A stretch of 64,000 nt of DNA, from the NCBI RefSeq assembly GCF_964355755.1, contig NC_092678.1, forward strand, positions 1,628,422 through 1,692,421, read 5' to 3'. The stretch's first letter is position 1, and each line of letters begins with the position of its first letter. The notes below the pieces were generated by a model, which saw only the letters and a program-made list of their open reading frames with translations, was not told where the DNA came from and made no database searches. The translations under genes were made by a program, and so were the position numbers. This document shows, in pieces, positions 1 to 13,449 of the stretch. The DNA is from Antedon mediterranea. Lineage: Eukaryota > Animalia > Echinodermata.

Positions 1-692
1 TTATGATTTGAACTAAATTTAGGGAAAAACGTGATAAAACATAATTATGATGAAAGCAGCAAACCACACCACAAAATTCATTGGTGTATCTAGAAAGGGA
101 TGTTGGGGGCATCAAATTTGCAATTCAAAAGATTGTACATTCATCTTCATTTTTACAATTTGTAGGCTCTTGACCTCCACAACTTAACAGTCCTGAATTC
201 GCCACTTGCAGCAGCTATAAATGACCCACAATGGTTTTCTAGAAAGTTGGTTTTTCCAAAATTCTTAAAATCTTAAAGAGAAACGAGATTGATACATATC
301 TATATTTCAGTTTTGTTAAAATTGCATTATATATATTTGGTAATTAAGTTATTGCTTGATTGTTATTGGACAATTAATGTTAGAATTGCGTGTAGTAAAT
401 GATTATTAAATTACATATTTGTAATAATTAAAAACTTGTTTTAATAATAGATCATTGTTTTCAACTTGTAACCTGAGCCGCAGAAAGTTAACAATTGTTT
501 TCCATACTTTTTGGTAAACCCAGTGATCTAACTGGTTAACATTTGATTATTTTAACATATTAAATATTATTATTATTCTGTAATAAATATTTTATAACAT
601 TAAGCTTTGTTATTATTACCTTGTCTATTTTAAAAGGTAATTATGTAATGTAAATTAAAAGTACCTAAATCCAGTGGATGCTCTATCTTTTA

Positions 693-835
693 AACTCTGT
701 CTACACTATTAAACTTTGTGACAAAAAAAAATTTGATGTGCCCATATATGGATATTGTGATGTCATATCACTACCATATTATTTGAGCACATCACACTTT
801 TTTTGTCAAACTAGTTTGATATTGTAGACAGAGCT
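693..835 (+). mobile_element. PIF/Harbinger-like MITE family A, copy 1
   Basis: TIR (AG)CTCTGTCTACACTATCAAACT...AGTTTGATATTGTAGACAGAGCT, flanked by TTA on both sides (690-692, 836-838). Internal ATATCACTACCATATTTGGGC motifs. Confidence 0.8.
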
Positions 836-1672
836 TTAGGCGTTTCTCTTCATTTCCAGATCCCTTGTAATTGCAAATGTTGAAATTGTATATGCAACAT
901 CTGAAAAATATGGCTACACCCAACACAAATACATCTACTTATCATGACTTCTCCTTATTATTAAGTATGTATCTCATATGCACTTATCCAATATTAACTG
1001 TCATTGAATTTAAGTAACATATGATAAAGTAGAAAGTGTTATGTCCACAAAAGGTGTTAATGTTGTTTATCTCCATGGTGATGTACTTCAACAACTATGT
1101 CTTGTTATGTGTTAACGCGCGCTAAATACATTTTTCTAGTTCTCTAACTGTGCGTTTATCATTTTCAGTTTCTTCAGTCAGGTAGATTTTTGCTGTTATG
1201 TAAGTGCCATTCCAATTCAATTACCTGGAAATAGTCGTATTAGAACCATTTACAAGCGATTATAATATTTGATTTTTAATTTCTGCCGTTAAAATTTGAT
1301 ATCAGATGAACGCATTTGAGTAAAAAGAAATGAAACAGTTAAATTTTAACATGTGAATGGATTTAATCAAGTTTACTAGGTTTAGCCTGGTTGCATTGTA
1401 GATTGAGAAATTAAGCATAAACCATTTAGCCCACAAGGTTAAACTTAGAACAATACGTTGAATGCAGAGATTTTAAGACAATTTTACGAGTCTAAGAAGT
1501 TGTTGAAAATCCGGAAACAGTTTTAGTGATTTAGGTCAGGAGTAGAATGGTCATTTGTTCCGGTTGAACACTTTTGTTCTGTGAATTATACGTTATTTCC
1601 TGCGTAAGACAATAGATTTTTATCATAACCACGAAATTCAAATTTAAGACTAAGGGTAACTACTGAAGCAAT

Positions 1673-1962
1673 GCTTCAAAGTGAAAGCGCAAGGCTCTAC
1701 GGCCCACTACAGTTAGTGGTTTAAAGTTGTTCTAGTACCAGAGGGGTAGTTGGCTCATGTTTGCTTTAATTTGCGCTTCAAAGTGAAAGCGCAAGGCTCT
1801 ACGGCCCACTACAGTTAGTGGTTTAAAGTTGTTCTAGTACCAGAGGGGTAGTTGGCTCATGTTTGCTTTAATTTGCGCTTCAAAGTGAAAGCGCAAGGCT
1901 CTACGGCCCACTACAGTTAGTGGTTTAAAGTTGTTCTAGTAAAAGGGTAGTTGGCTCATGTT
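1673..1962. repeat. 102-bp tandem repeat, ~2.8 copies
   Basis: Unit starts at 1673, 1775 and 1877 (GCTTCAAAGTGAAAGCGCAAGG...). Confidence 0.95.
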
Positions 1963-2129
1963 GGGTTTTATTTTTCATTTTATATTGTATGTTACTGTTG
2001 CGGTCGAATAAATAAATAAAAACTGTGATGAATTCTGGAAAATATTAAGGTTCCAAAGTTTTTAATTAACAACTGAAGAAATATGTTTTTCTATTTTTTA
2101 GTTTGTTATATTTCTTAGTCGAAATTATG

Positions 2130-2229
2130 AGTTTGACAAAAAAAAAGTGTGATTTTCCCAAATATGGTAGTGATATGCTTAAATATGGTAGTGATATGAC
2201 ATAACATTTTTTATAATGTAGACAGAGCT
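2130..2229 (-). mobile_element. MITE family A, partial reversed copy
   Basis: AAATATGGTAGTGATATG twice and a terminal GTAGACAGAGCT|TAA. Confidence 0.7.
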
Positions 2230-2884
2230 TAACAAATAGAAGACAATATGAATCACATTTAATGTTTTATTTCATTCCTGAATTGAACTACATACAATTG
2301 CACTTCAATAAAAATACTATTAATACTATCTGGCCACAATCAAACCAATGGCAAATATCTTTCAACTTTGTTCTTTGTTCCTGTTCCCCAGTCTGCTTTT
2401 TATCCATGTATGTGCTTTACATATTTGAGGTTTTGTTTGTTTGTTCTGCTATTTATAATAATCCTGCTCTTTGTTGTGTACATCCTAGATGTGGTCAAGT
2501 TTTTTTTATATTTATAGCATAGTCACGTTTTCTACAACCATGTACACATATCAACATTTTAACAATGGTATAAATCCATAAAAGAGCGACACATGACCAA
2601 CACTGTTCTATTTAGTCATCTAGTACCATTAGCAATTTTTTTTGGAATTTAACAACAAAAGGAAATGTTTTTAAACCGGTTGTTTTGCTGTTTACCATTT
2701 TCCAAGTATATGGCAGATAATGACTTCATGATGTCATTTTATGTTACTTTTCATCCATGTTTAATGTGACCACATACCTTTATTTTTTGGAATTATACAT
2801 AAATGATAAAAAAAATGTAGGCCTAGGTTATAACAGTTTATACCTTCCATCCAAGCTGGTAGTGTTTGGACTTTTTCTACCTCG

Positions 2885-2976
2885 ATGTGCCCATATAATG
2901 GACATGATCATATTACTACATTAGTTGGGCACATTACACTTTTGTGTCAAACTATTTTGATAGTGTAGACAGAGCT
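2885..2976 (+). mobile_element. MITE family A, partial copy
   Basis: GATGTGCCCATA...TTTGATAGTGTAGACAGAGCT|TTA. Confidence 0.7.
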
Positions 2977-3063
2977 TTAAGTTAAGGTCTTAATACAGGC
3001 ATCACATGTGAAACACATGAGAAGCTGTATCACAGACTTTTACCTATGATAGTGGAAAGATGT

Positions 3064-3220
3064 CAGTGGCAGATCCAGGATTTTGAAATAAGGGCCCAGA
3101 GTCTGAAAATTGTGAAATTAAGTGCTGAACTTTGTAATGTGCTATCTTTTCCATTGTAATTTTCAACATTTTGGAGGTGCCAACTCCCCTTTCCTCACCT
3201 TCTTTTTTAAAAAATCCATC
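3064..3220. mobile_element. Degenerate hAT-like MITE (CAGTGGCGGATCC type)
   Basis: Starts CAGTGGCAGATCCAGGATTTTG; right end decayed. Related fragments at ~79-206 and ~25192. Confidence 0.4.
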
Positions 3221-6200
3221 TAACAAATGTATGTGAAAGGTGAGCCAATACAATACTATCATGAGTTGATACACATGTGACAATATTACACAAGTCATTT
3301 TGTTAAGTCATTATAACATACGATGACTTGAGGAAATGAAAATATTCAAGAACAATAGGATCGAACCATTTGGCTATCAGATTGGTTCGATCTGCAATGT
3401 TGACTTATGATGTTTGTTTAATGTTAAAGGACAAGTAGTATAGGAAGCAAAGACACATAAAATAATACATTAGCTATTAGATGCAGTTGGTGAATCTGTG
3501 CCTCGTATTGAGTATATTGACATTAGCGTAGGTGTGTAGTTCAACGACCGCCTGAGGAAAGCGTTGTATTTGATTGTGTAGATTACTACAGACGACATTT
3601 GGATAAATCTTAAAAGACGGAGAAAATGTAGTTAAACATTTGTAAGAAATCTACTAAATTGTCTTCGGTGAATTTAATTACAATGTGGGTTGGCTACTTA
3701 TAAGAATGTGCTGTGGCGTCACCGTGTGCGTTAGTAGAAAACAATAAATTACAAGTATATAATACTCTAATTTATTTAAATTTGACGCATTGACCGGATG
3801 TGGCATTGTAACTCGTTTTAGTTCAAATTCTGGATCGACCTAGTACTTGATATTTCTCTTGTTTATCACTTTCAAGAGCCTTGCTTCCGAGACCAGGACA
3901 AATGTCATTTAGGTGATAATAAAATAATTTAATATTTGTATTCAGTTTTTAAAAATTCAAATGCATGGAACTACTTTTTTTCATTTTCTATCCCGCCCCA
4001 TGTTATGTGGAAATGACTGTTGAAATTAGAGCTTTTTTAAAAGCTTAATAATTTTCATTGATCAAACTTTCAAATTGTGCATTGAGGTGTTCTTGTTGGA
4101 TCAGTTCTGAGAAAAAGAGTGCTCTAGAAATACACTTCATAATTACCCATACCCTTCTTCTCTTCTGTCCCTCCTCACCCTTTCCTTTTCATATTTTCAA
4201 CAAAACTTATGAAATATAATCATATGTCTTGTTGTTTTCAATAAACAATTACCACAATTGTCTCTGGCTTCCATTTTTGTGTACTCAATATGGTGTTAGT
4301 TAAGTTTTATTTAACAATTAGTTGTTATGATTAATGAGTATAGTTTGTGTCACAGGATGTAGGACTTTGTAGATTGTATGGTACTTTGTATTGTTCATTA
4401 TTTATCACCACACCTCAGAGATTGTTGATTTCATTTTTAACAGCAGAGGCTTACTATACTATAAATCAATTTCTTGTATAATTAAAAATCCACATAAAGT
4501 ACTTGCCATATAAAAACCTTTGACATCTTTGTATTCAGATTACCCAACTCTCACTTGACCAATGACCCAACCCTCACTTGACCAATGACCACTCCCCCCG
4601 CCTACTCAATCCCCCACCCTTTCTCATGTTCAGTGCTGGACCAGACATTCTTGAAATTGTATTTAAAAAAAACAATCCTCCATCTTGGGTGGTTTCTTGT
4701 TCATACTAAACTGATAAATATTAATCTTTATTTAAATAGCTGTTAACATTATCTGTCCCTGCAACTGGGTAGAGATTATCTAGATTGCTGTGCACAATGC
4801 ATTTATCCTTGGGAAGCAATCTGTGGTCAATAAGATACCATACTGCACCTCCCATGATAGAAAACCACACAGGTATAAGATGAATATCCACTTTGTCAAC
4901 TACAGGGTCGTAGACATCAGTACGGTTGGTCAGGTTTCAACCTGACCACTTTTTCACAGAGGCCTTTGACAACCCAGTGGCTTGAACAAAGATTGTTCCA
5001 TTTTCTTGCGACCACCGCAAACCAATTTATTTCTTATTTCACTGTCCCACCATGTAAAATGCAAAGGATCTAGAATTCAAGGAAACCAGGTAATCCGGTT
5101 TCCGGATAGAGTGGATAGAATTTATAAAATGAAACGGAGGAAAGGGTATAGATAATAACTAGAATTATTTGAACCTTCATGATACTGGACACTTTGCCAA
5201 GAGCAATGGTCCTTGAGTTGTTTCTACCATTTAATATGCTAAGAAACCAATATTCCGAGAATTCAGATATTCTAGTTTCACAAAAGTTTAATTTATATCA
5301 CTAACCAATGGAACAAAAGAGAGGGTATAGACAATGCATAGATATTTTCTTATATTGGCAACTCTGCCAAAGGTCTTCAAGTCTTTAACCAGAAAATAGT
5401 CTAATTCCAGGAAAGTTGAATTTGATATACAATAGAAATAAATGGAACAAAGGGTGTAGATGTCAGTAATGAAATAAATATTTTAAAAATAAAATGGAAT
5501 AAAAAAATAGTGTTATATTTGCGTTTTTATAAATTTTGTTCATTTTCAAAGCACTAAATCGTTTAGCAACTTAGTTAATAATTCTTTAACTTCATTAGTC
5601 AACTTCTCAACATTTTCAACAACTATGATCAACTGACCATAATGAGCACTCTACTCAATATGGCCGCTTTGTTTCATACCTCTTTACCACTCTCATACAA
5701 TCACTTTTCCTGGACACAAAGATGGCCACTAGGACACGTTCCACTCAAGGAACTAATAGGAAATGGTTAATAAATAATGATAGTTGAAGAGGTTTTATAA
5801 CCCATTTATAATTCTTTTATTACTATCTAACAATTATTTCAACACAATGCATTTAAATTTGTAAAGGCAACACAATGAATTTATTTAAAATTTAAATTAT
5901 GGATGTGGTTTTCCTTTTCCATATACGACCTTCGTCATTTCCTATTAGTGACCTTAATTTCTTTCCACCATACTGATAAGGAATAATTTATATTTGTTCT
6001 CGTCCTTAAATCAATGCCATTCTGGGATTAAACCATCAGGAAATCCTGTTACACCTTCAGGAAATCATTAGGGAAAGTTTTTAAAAGTTTGTATTTATAC
6101 TTGTGTCACATGTATACATATTACTTTCAATATTGTTTTAGAGTGTGAAATAACACAAGATCACTTATCACAATATGAAATACATTTCTTTATTTGTTCA

Positions 6201-9200
6201 AAGCATTAGAAGTATATATTCAGGTAAAAGGCAGACAAAAATGATCCCTCATGACAGATTTTGATGTGAGCGAGGATGAAATAATGAAATTTTAAGTGAG
6301 ATATATTTCCTATAAATATTAATTATTTCACTTAAGTCAATCAATATTTAAAGATTTTAAGTGGTATTCATTTTAAAGATTGGAGAATTATAATCTTAAA
6401 TTGATTGTAAATAAACAGTCCAATTTGTTAATGGATTGCCTAGCATATTGAGCTGATATGTAGTACATATGCAGCATAAACGGTCAACAACACAGTCCGT
6501 TGGATAGCCTAAGATTCAATCTTTTCCCTACAAATTCAAGTGAACTGAAAGATTATCGTTGTAAGGTCATATCTTGCATTTTTTTTAAAGTTTAAACCAA
6601 TTAAAAGTTTTAATTTAAAACTAATTTAAGACCAAGGTTAATATGATTAATAGATCATGTTAACAAATAGACACTTTTATTAACACCTGAAAGTGTTTTG
6701 ATAGACAGGAAATTGATATCAAGGTATTTCTTTGTTAGAAAAGTTAATGGAACAATCAGTTGATTGATATTAGACTATTTTTTATGACTACAAATATAGA
6801 GAAACTCTGAACTACCCATTAACATTGCTGAAGTTAAGCCATGTGAAATGGTGACGAAATCTAGATAGAAATAGAGTCTAGAGTCATTAATTGTGTCAAA
6901 TATGACATTAGGTTCGTTGATGTTGTAATTTTAAAAGTGATCTGATATTATTACTAGACAATCATAATAGTTCATCATTGTGGACAGCTTTTGTTGAGAA
7001 AGTGTTTTTGTTTTCTTGTGAGCCAAATTGTGATTATCTTAATACTGTCTCATCTCTGTGTGAAAGAGCTTTTGATTGATACAAAACTAGATGTCTATAT
7101 ACTATTTGATTATTTACTGGTCAGATCTTATACCATACAATAATAAACTTAGAAATTTAGCTGTTCAGTATTTACATTCGTTTTCATTCATAGGTCAGAT
7201 TATGGTCACACTGACCTGTTACCAAGGAAACATAATAACAGAGTTCAATTGAAGTATCAAAAGTATTGATATAATACCATTATTATACATCAAATACCAT
7301 TCTCAAATATTTCACAATAAGCTATTGTAGATGTTGCCAAGTAGTGCGTACAACAGCTCTTTATGTAATATATAACCAGCCTTGTTTTAATAGATTAACT
7401 TATAAGAAGTTAAACAAGCATCTTTATGTTAGTTTTACATTAAACAAAGACAGACTATCATTGAATTTCAACATCTGTCACCTTAACTTTGTTTAAAATT
7501 ATTGCTTTCATTTTATACTACAGCAGACTGTACTGTTTTTTTTTATATGACCACTTCTTACACTTTCACTGGCCGCATTGTTGTGGTATACCTTGATTTC
7601 CATCTGAACTGTAAAGAATGCTGTAGGGCGTATGAAATATTCCTTTGTAGTTACTGTACGTTATATACTTGGCAGTTCACAACTGATCACTGTGGGAACA
7701 GATGACTCAAAGAAGTTTGTGTAGTTAAATTGCCCAGAAGAAATGAGTCATTTCATTCCATAGTGTTCACTTGTGTTTCACAAACACTATAATATGTGGG
7801 AAACCTTTGACGTGTGATTCATACTATACTGTACCAGTCTGAGATGGGGGGAATTGAAACAGGTGGGAAGAAAAAACTATATAAAAAGTTGTATGAAGTA
7901 CTAACTAGAGCAGTGTACTTTGTCAGCCTATGACTAGGCTGTCTCTTTATGGTGTTTTATCTGGGAGATATTTCTGCATGCTGTCCGAGATAACAAAAAA
8001 AACTGCTCATGGCATTATTATAAACTTAATTATTTTCAACAGTTGATTTCTTTTTAATAATAACGTGGGTTGAGTATAATTATATTCTGGTCCCTTGTCA
8101 TGCTTAATCTTTCACCTTGTCATTTATACTGTAATAGGCCCTTCATATGACAATCAACACAAACCTTAACTTATTACATAATCATGGTTCAAGCAGATTT
8201 CACTTGCACCTGGAGACACTGCCAAGACTCTACAAATTGTTTCCTTAATAGGGGTTGACCATAGCATTAAAACATATATTGCTAGCTCTTATTCGTTTTA
8301 AAGGAAAATGTTTATTAGGGTGTCTCAACAAATCAAAGTAAAAAATGATGTTCTTTTTTCTTCTTTTTCTTTCCTCTTTCTATCAATGCCAATTGGTTTG
8401 TAAAATGTGCCAACATTTGTTGTGCTCAGCTCAGCTCTGGCAAAAGTTTGCAATGTTTAATCAAAGGATGCAGAGATGGCTTTGATAGAAAAAACAGTAG
8501 AAAAAAGCTGGTGAAATTTCTAAAGATTTTTGAAAATGTTACAGAATTCTTGGACACTTTCCAGACAGTGAGATGAGCCATACTGTTACTGTACCAATGT
8601 TTTTAATTTCCTTTTGTTCATTTTCTTTCTTTCTCTTTCACAATAAAGGAAACAATGTATTTATTTTACAATGCAATTTTATGAATCATTTTGTTATGAT
8701 ATTCACATGCCTGAAATGTTTGATACCCATGAGTCAATAACCATAGGCCTACAAACAATAGAAGATATTTTGTGAAAGTTTAGGACTTCATACTTTACTT
8801 TTGTTTCCTTGTGTTTCTTCTTTGTTGAAGCCAATCTTTTATTTTGTGGAGGAAGGTTTGGGACGTGTGTAAATTTATGGGAGACTATAGTATTTGAATT
8901 GGAAACATAGAAAAAAAAAAATGTTCAACTTTAATGTCCCAATCGAATATGCCAACTAGCATAATGGAGCATTAGTGGAAGACCAAGATTAGACCAGTAA
9001 ATTAATTCTTCCAATAAAATGTATTTTATTACAATGTAATATTACCGGACCTTTGAACAAAGAGGCCCACTGGTAATCATATACAAAACAAAGGCCTACA
9101 AAACTGTTGCTAATGAGAACAGACTGTTAGATCTGGGTCTGTCTGTGATACCTTTGTTCTGGGTCTGTCTGAATGGAGTTCGAAGGTAGTTCAGTAAGTC

Positions 9201-9358
9201 AAAGTTTGCACATTTATTTTTAGTGATGTTTACTGTAACACGAAGTGGTAATTAAGTTTAAGGTGTGTTCATGCCAAAACTGACAAGTTTTCCTATGCTG
9301 TAACTATAGCAACTATGGCAAACTCTTTTTTTTCCCTCTGCTATGTAGAAACAATAGT

Positions 9359-9620
9359 ACAACTTTGCATTATTTGGAAACTATTTTGCAACTTTGCACT
9401 TTGTGGAAACTTTAGTGCAACTTTGTGATATGTGGAAACAATAATACAATATTTGCACTATTTGTAAACTATTTTGCAACTTTGCACTATTTGGAAACTA
9501 TTTTGCAACTTTGCACTATTTGGAAACTATTTTGGAAACAATAGTGCTTGTGGTAGGTACTATAGTGCAACTTGGCAGTATTTTGACACTATGTGCAATT
9601 TGCTCTTTGTTGAAACTAGC
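9359..9620. repeat. Degenerate 29-bp minisatellite
   Basis: TGCAACTTTGCACTATTTGGAAACTATTT repeated with decay. Confidence 0.85.
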
Positions 9621-9925
9621 AATATATTATTTCTGCTTTAACATGCCAAATCCTACCAAAAAATACCTTAGGCCTACCAACAGGTAGATTTAACACAAAA
9701 TAATGAGATACATTTTTACTACCAGTACTATTTAGCAAATCAGCTGGTTAACCTTTTGAATTGTATTGTACTATACATTCTAAAAATAGAACGCATAATT
9801 ATACCCTTGAAAAAAAGTATGCTCAGATATTGCCTTGTTATTAATTATTCCTTTAAAATAATAAATGTAACCAAGAAAACGTTATGTAAACCTAAATGAT
9901 CATAAAATTGTGTGGTAGAATGTTC

Positions 9926-10436
9926 TAATATAATAGTATAATATACGAATTTGTAAAGCGCCAATTCCAGCAACAATTAGTGATCAAAGGCGCTGTGGAC
10001 TTAGATGTTACATCTTTTCAGTAACATTCTTCTCCCCTAAGGGTCACATCATGTCATCGGCAGCCAACTACGGTGCCATTACGTCAGTCCACGACAGCGT
10101 GTATGTATTAACTAGTACACCGGGGTAACCCCCTACTCGTCTCGAAAGATGTACTAGGTTCTTTAAAGTGCACACGAGCCAGATGTACACTGGACCTGCA
10201 CATGAGCCAGATGTACACTGGACCTGCACATGAGCCAGATGTACACTGGACCTGCACATGAGCCAGATGTACACTGGACCTGCACATGAGCCAGATGTAC
10301 ACTGGACCTGCACATGAGCCAGATGTACACTGGACCTGCACATGAGCCAGATGTACACTGGACCTGCACATGAGCCAGATGTACACTGGACCTGCACATG
10401 AGCCAGATGTTTATAGTCCATATACGAGAAGACTAT
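9926..10436 (-). mobile_element. MetaSINE-like SINE (5' head missing or diverged) with L2-like 3' tail
   Basis: Minus strand CTTCTCGTATATGGACTATAAAC...GCACTTTAAAGAACCTAGTACATCTTTCGAGACGAGTAGGG resembles the Meta domain from memory. Tail CAGCGCCTTTGA...GGCGCTTTACAAAT plus an ATT-rich end resembles L2 3' ends. Confidence 0.6.
10176..10410. repeat. 28-bp minisatellite, ~8.4 perfect copies, inside the SINE
   Basis: GAGCCAGATGTACACTGGACCTGCACAT at 10176, 10204, ... 10400. Confidence 0.97.
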
Positions 10437-10843
10437 AGAAAAGAGCTCACCCAGTTAGTTGAATACCAGCCTGTAGTTTTAATACTATGTACTATGTAAA
10501 CCTGCAATAAGATAAATCCTTCAGTTATTAACTACATTGCTTCCTTCTCATTTTATATTAATATCATATTTTCAAGTGGCAGTCAATGCCGTGCCCTGCT
10601 TTTCTACGGCTTTTTGCCAAATTGAATTCATTTTGATTTCAGACATGGGATTCAAAAAATTAAATTTCAATTTCTTAGATCTCAGAAGGTCGTCAACCTG
10701 ATGTTTTATATTACTCCATGAGGTCTTATTGGAAAATGAATTACCTACTTATTTAGGGTGCCATGGTCAAATACCTATCTTCAAAAGTTTAGATAGTAAT
10801 ACTAAAAACATAGAGGTATATAAAATACCTCAAGTTATTTTAA

Positions 10844-11387
10844 AGATGTATTGTCCCTTTGACTAATTCCCAAAAAAATTTTTTTTTTAAATTTCGAAAA
10901 AAAGTGGGTCATTTTGAAGTATCATAATAGTTATTAACTTTCACCAAAAATTAGTCAAAAAAAAAATTATTTAACCAAAATACAGATGTTTTTTTGTTAA
11001 AAAAATAACTTTGACTTCCATTCAAAGTTTTCAATCAAAACATATCCCATAATGCAATGCGCTTGTTTGGCTACTCTGTATGCATAATCATAAAACTTCC
11101 TCGCGATCTGTGTGAAAACACCTTCTCAACCGTGATGAGTTGTAAACAATCCTAATTAGCATCATGCATAATGCATACTCATGGTTTGAAATCTTTGTTT
11201 ACTTTCGCTTGCGACGATTTCTCAGACGAAATGTAATCTAATTAATTTACCTGTTAATTTCGTAAACTGTTGTTTTTGGCTCGAATTTTCGACTTAAAGT
11301 GAATAACTTTAATATTACTTTGATATGGCCAATTTAAATTGAGAATATTTTTTTTTCATTTTTTGTGTTTCAAGGGACAATACATCT
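10844..11387. mobile_element. Kolobok-like non-autonomous DNA transposon (family C), 544 bp
   Basis: Perfect 16-bp TIR AGATGTATTGTCCCTT / AAGGGACAATACATCT with TTAA on both flanks. AG..CT termini plus TTAA fit Kolobok rather than piggyBac (CC..GG). Confidence 0.8.
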
Positions 11388-11512
11388 TTAATTAAATGCT
11401 TCAGATTACAAACTCAGTTGTATGCTATTTCACACTTTTGTGCCTTGTGTACAAGAGGTACAGGTATGACCCGACTCAATTTCAGGATTTTTACCACTTT
11501 TTTTTATATTAA

Positions 11513-12136
11513 AGACCCCTTCCCTGCAATTTTGGACGTTTTTTGGAAAATAATACATATATATCACTTTAAAAACATTAAACCATGTCATTCCTTGTCT
11601 TAAATGTACGTTTTATGGTAAATTATGATAAAGAGTGTGAAACAATGCACTACCTAAGTAGCTCGCGGCGATCGACCTCTCGTGGACGGTCTTAGGCCTA
11701 GCCTAGCTAGGCTTAGTTTTGTAGGCCTAGCTGGTAAACATCGGTAACGTACGAACATCGTACGCTACCTATATACCTAGCCTGACGTTGTATAGTTGCT
11801 GCATTAATTGTCTTTCTATTTTTGCCAGACTCCGTTGATACAAATTGGGGAAAACCCGGTATTTTCGCTGAAAAGTTAGGAGTCTTCCATTTGTTTTGGC
11901 CTCACGATCGATCGAAAAGTGGGCGAATTACAGGTGAAAAACAAAAATATCAATCCGCGCGCAATGCATTTTGGGATTTATAGAATCGCTATAATTATTA
12001 GAATCGACTTATTTTTCACATTTTTAACCGTTTAAAGACGAAAAAAGTTATCGCAATAGGATCATATAGTATTATTTTTACATTAAATATAGTTTGTGAT
12101 CTTAAATTAGATCTAAAAAACGTAGGGAATGGGGCT
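11513..12136 (+). mobile_element. Kolobok-like non-autonomous element (family B), copy 1, 624 bp
   Basis: TTAA|AGACCCCTTCCCTGC ... CGTAGGGAATGGGGCT|TTAA. A near-identical inverted copy lies at 27270-27895. Confidence 0.85.
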
Positions 12137-12400
12137 TTAAATTGTGAATCTTTTAGGTCTTCATCATATACTTGTTTACTTCCTTAATTACTACTTGAAA
12201 TCGTAACAAGAAATTGTGCTGTTTTAATGAATAAACAAAATTAGTGTCTGACCTTCCTTGTGTTTGGTTTCTTGTTTTTGTTTTGACTTCTTATTTGTGA
12301 TTTTTATTATTTTGATTTGATCAGCAAAATCAACACTGTGGTCATGTTACAAAGTTGTCATAACAATCATAGACTATGTTATACCATACAATATTTTTTT

Positions 12401-12475
12401 ATATCAATACCATATTTGGTTATATCACTACCATATTTGGGCACATCACAATAGTTTGATAGTGTAGACAGAGCT
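12401..12475 (+). mobile_element. MITE family A, 3' half
   Basis: ATATCACTACCATATTTGGGCACATCAC...AGTTTGATAGTGTAGACAGAGCT. Confidence 0.7.
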
Positions 12476-13289
12476 TTTCTGTGTTAGTGCAATATTGGAT
12501 TGTTGATCTATACTTTTTGCTTTATCATGATGATATTATATACCGGTAAGTCACTATTGATAGCAATGCCTTTCATCTTAACCATAGTATCTCTATGCCA
12601 TAACCTATAGTTAAATGCATAAATATTCACTGAAAAGGCTTGACATCTGAGGTAGGGCTCCTAGACACTCCTTTATTCTAGTAAAACCCACAAATACCAA
12701 ACTGCTTAGAAAAGTCTTATCTTGATCAATAATGTAATGTTTATATTTAGTAAGTGGACTGTGCCCGGAACTATTTAAAAAAATAGTTCATAGTAAAGGT
12801 TACTAGAATAGTACCAACATTCCTTAAATATATTGTGAACTTTACAGTTTTTATGTAAATATTCAATACTTGTTTTGAAAGTTTGTAACTTGTACTACTT
12901 GTAGTTATTGTGTTAGCCAACCAGGAAATATGTATTGCTTAGAAATGTAACCAATTTTACAGGGACCTTATCATTATGGCTATGTTGACAATTCTTTTTA
13001 TGCAAGTACCTAGAACACATTGCTGGCACTGAATTTGCATTGTATTTGCTGAAATAGCAAATTTGTCTTTGATGTATAAAGACAAGTTACCATGTCGTGA
13101 AATGTGCATGATCAACAAGAGCCATTGGTTTTAGCATGGTTGACATATTGCAATTTAAGGTTGCAAACATTTTGTTTATACGCATTTAACAACGAGAAAC
13201 TCACCAATTATAAAGATAGATAAACTACAATTGATCGTACTTATAAACTAAGTCTCATTTGAGGCTTAGGGAGTGGAGCTGAAAGAGTT

Positions 13290-13365
13290 GCGAGTTGAAA
13301 TGCTGACCCTAGGACCCTGCACTTTAGGATTGGAAGGCAAGCATGTTAACCACCAAACTATATCC
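13290..13365 (-). mobile_element. Degenerate tRNA-derived SINE head (tRNA-Gly-like)
   Basis: Minus strand TAGTTTGGTGGTTAACATGCTTGCCTTCCAATCC resembles an A-box plus a Gly-TCC anticodon arm. No intact B-box or cloverleaf. Confidence 0.35.
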
Positions 13366-13449
13366 ATTACTGCATATGTAAACACCTATATAAAAAAAAC
13401 CTGAAGGGAGGTTTTTTACAGGGGTTAGTTTCTCCACAAAAGCTGCAAA

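Noticed and set aside
10068-10421. Three overlapping Cys/His-rich ORFs
   Set aside because: Translations of a stop-free 28-bp tandem repeat inside a SINE.
10809-10834. Another CATAGAGG..CCTC P-like footprint
   Set aside because: Right end is degenerate and there is no flanking duplication.
13290-13365. tRNA gene
   Set aside because: No complete cloverleaf or B-box; at most a decayed SINE head.
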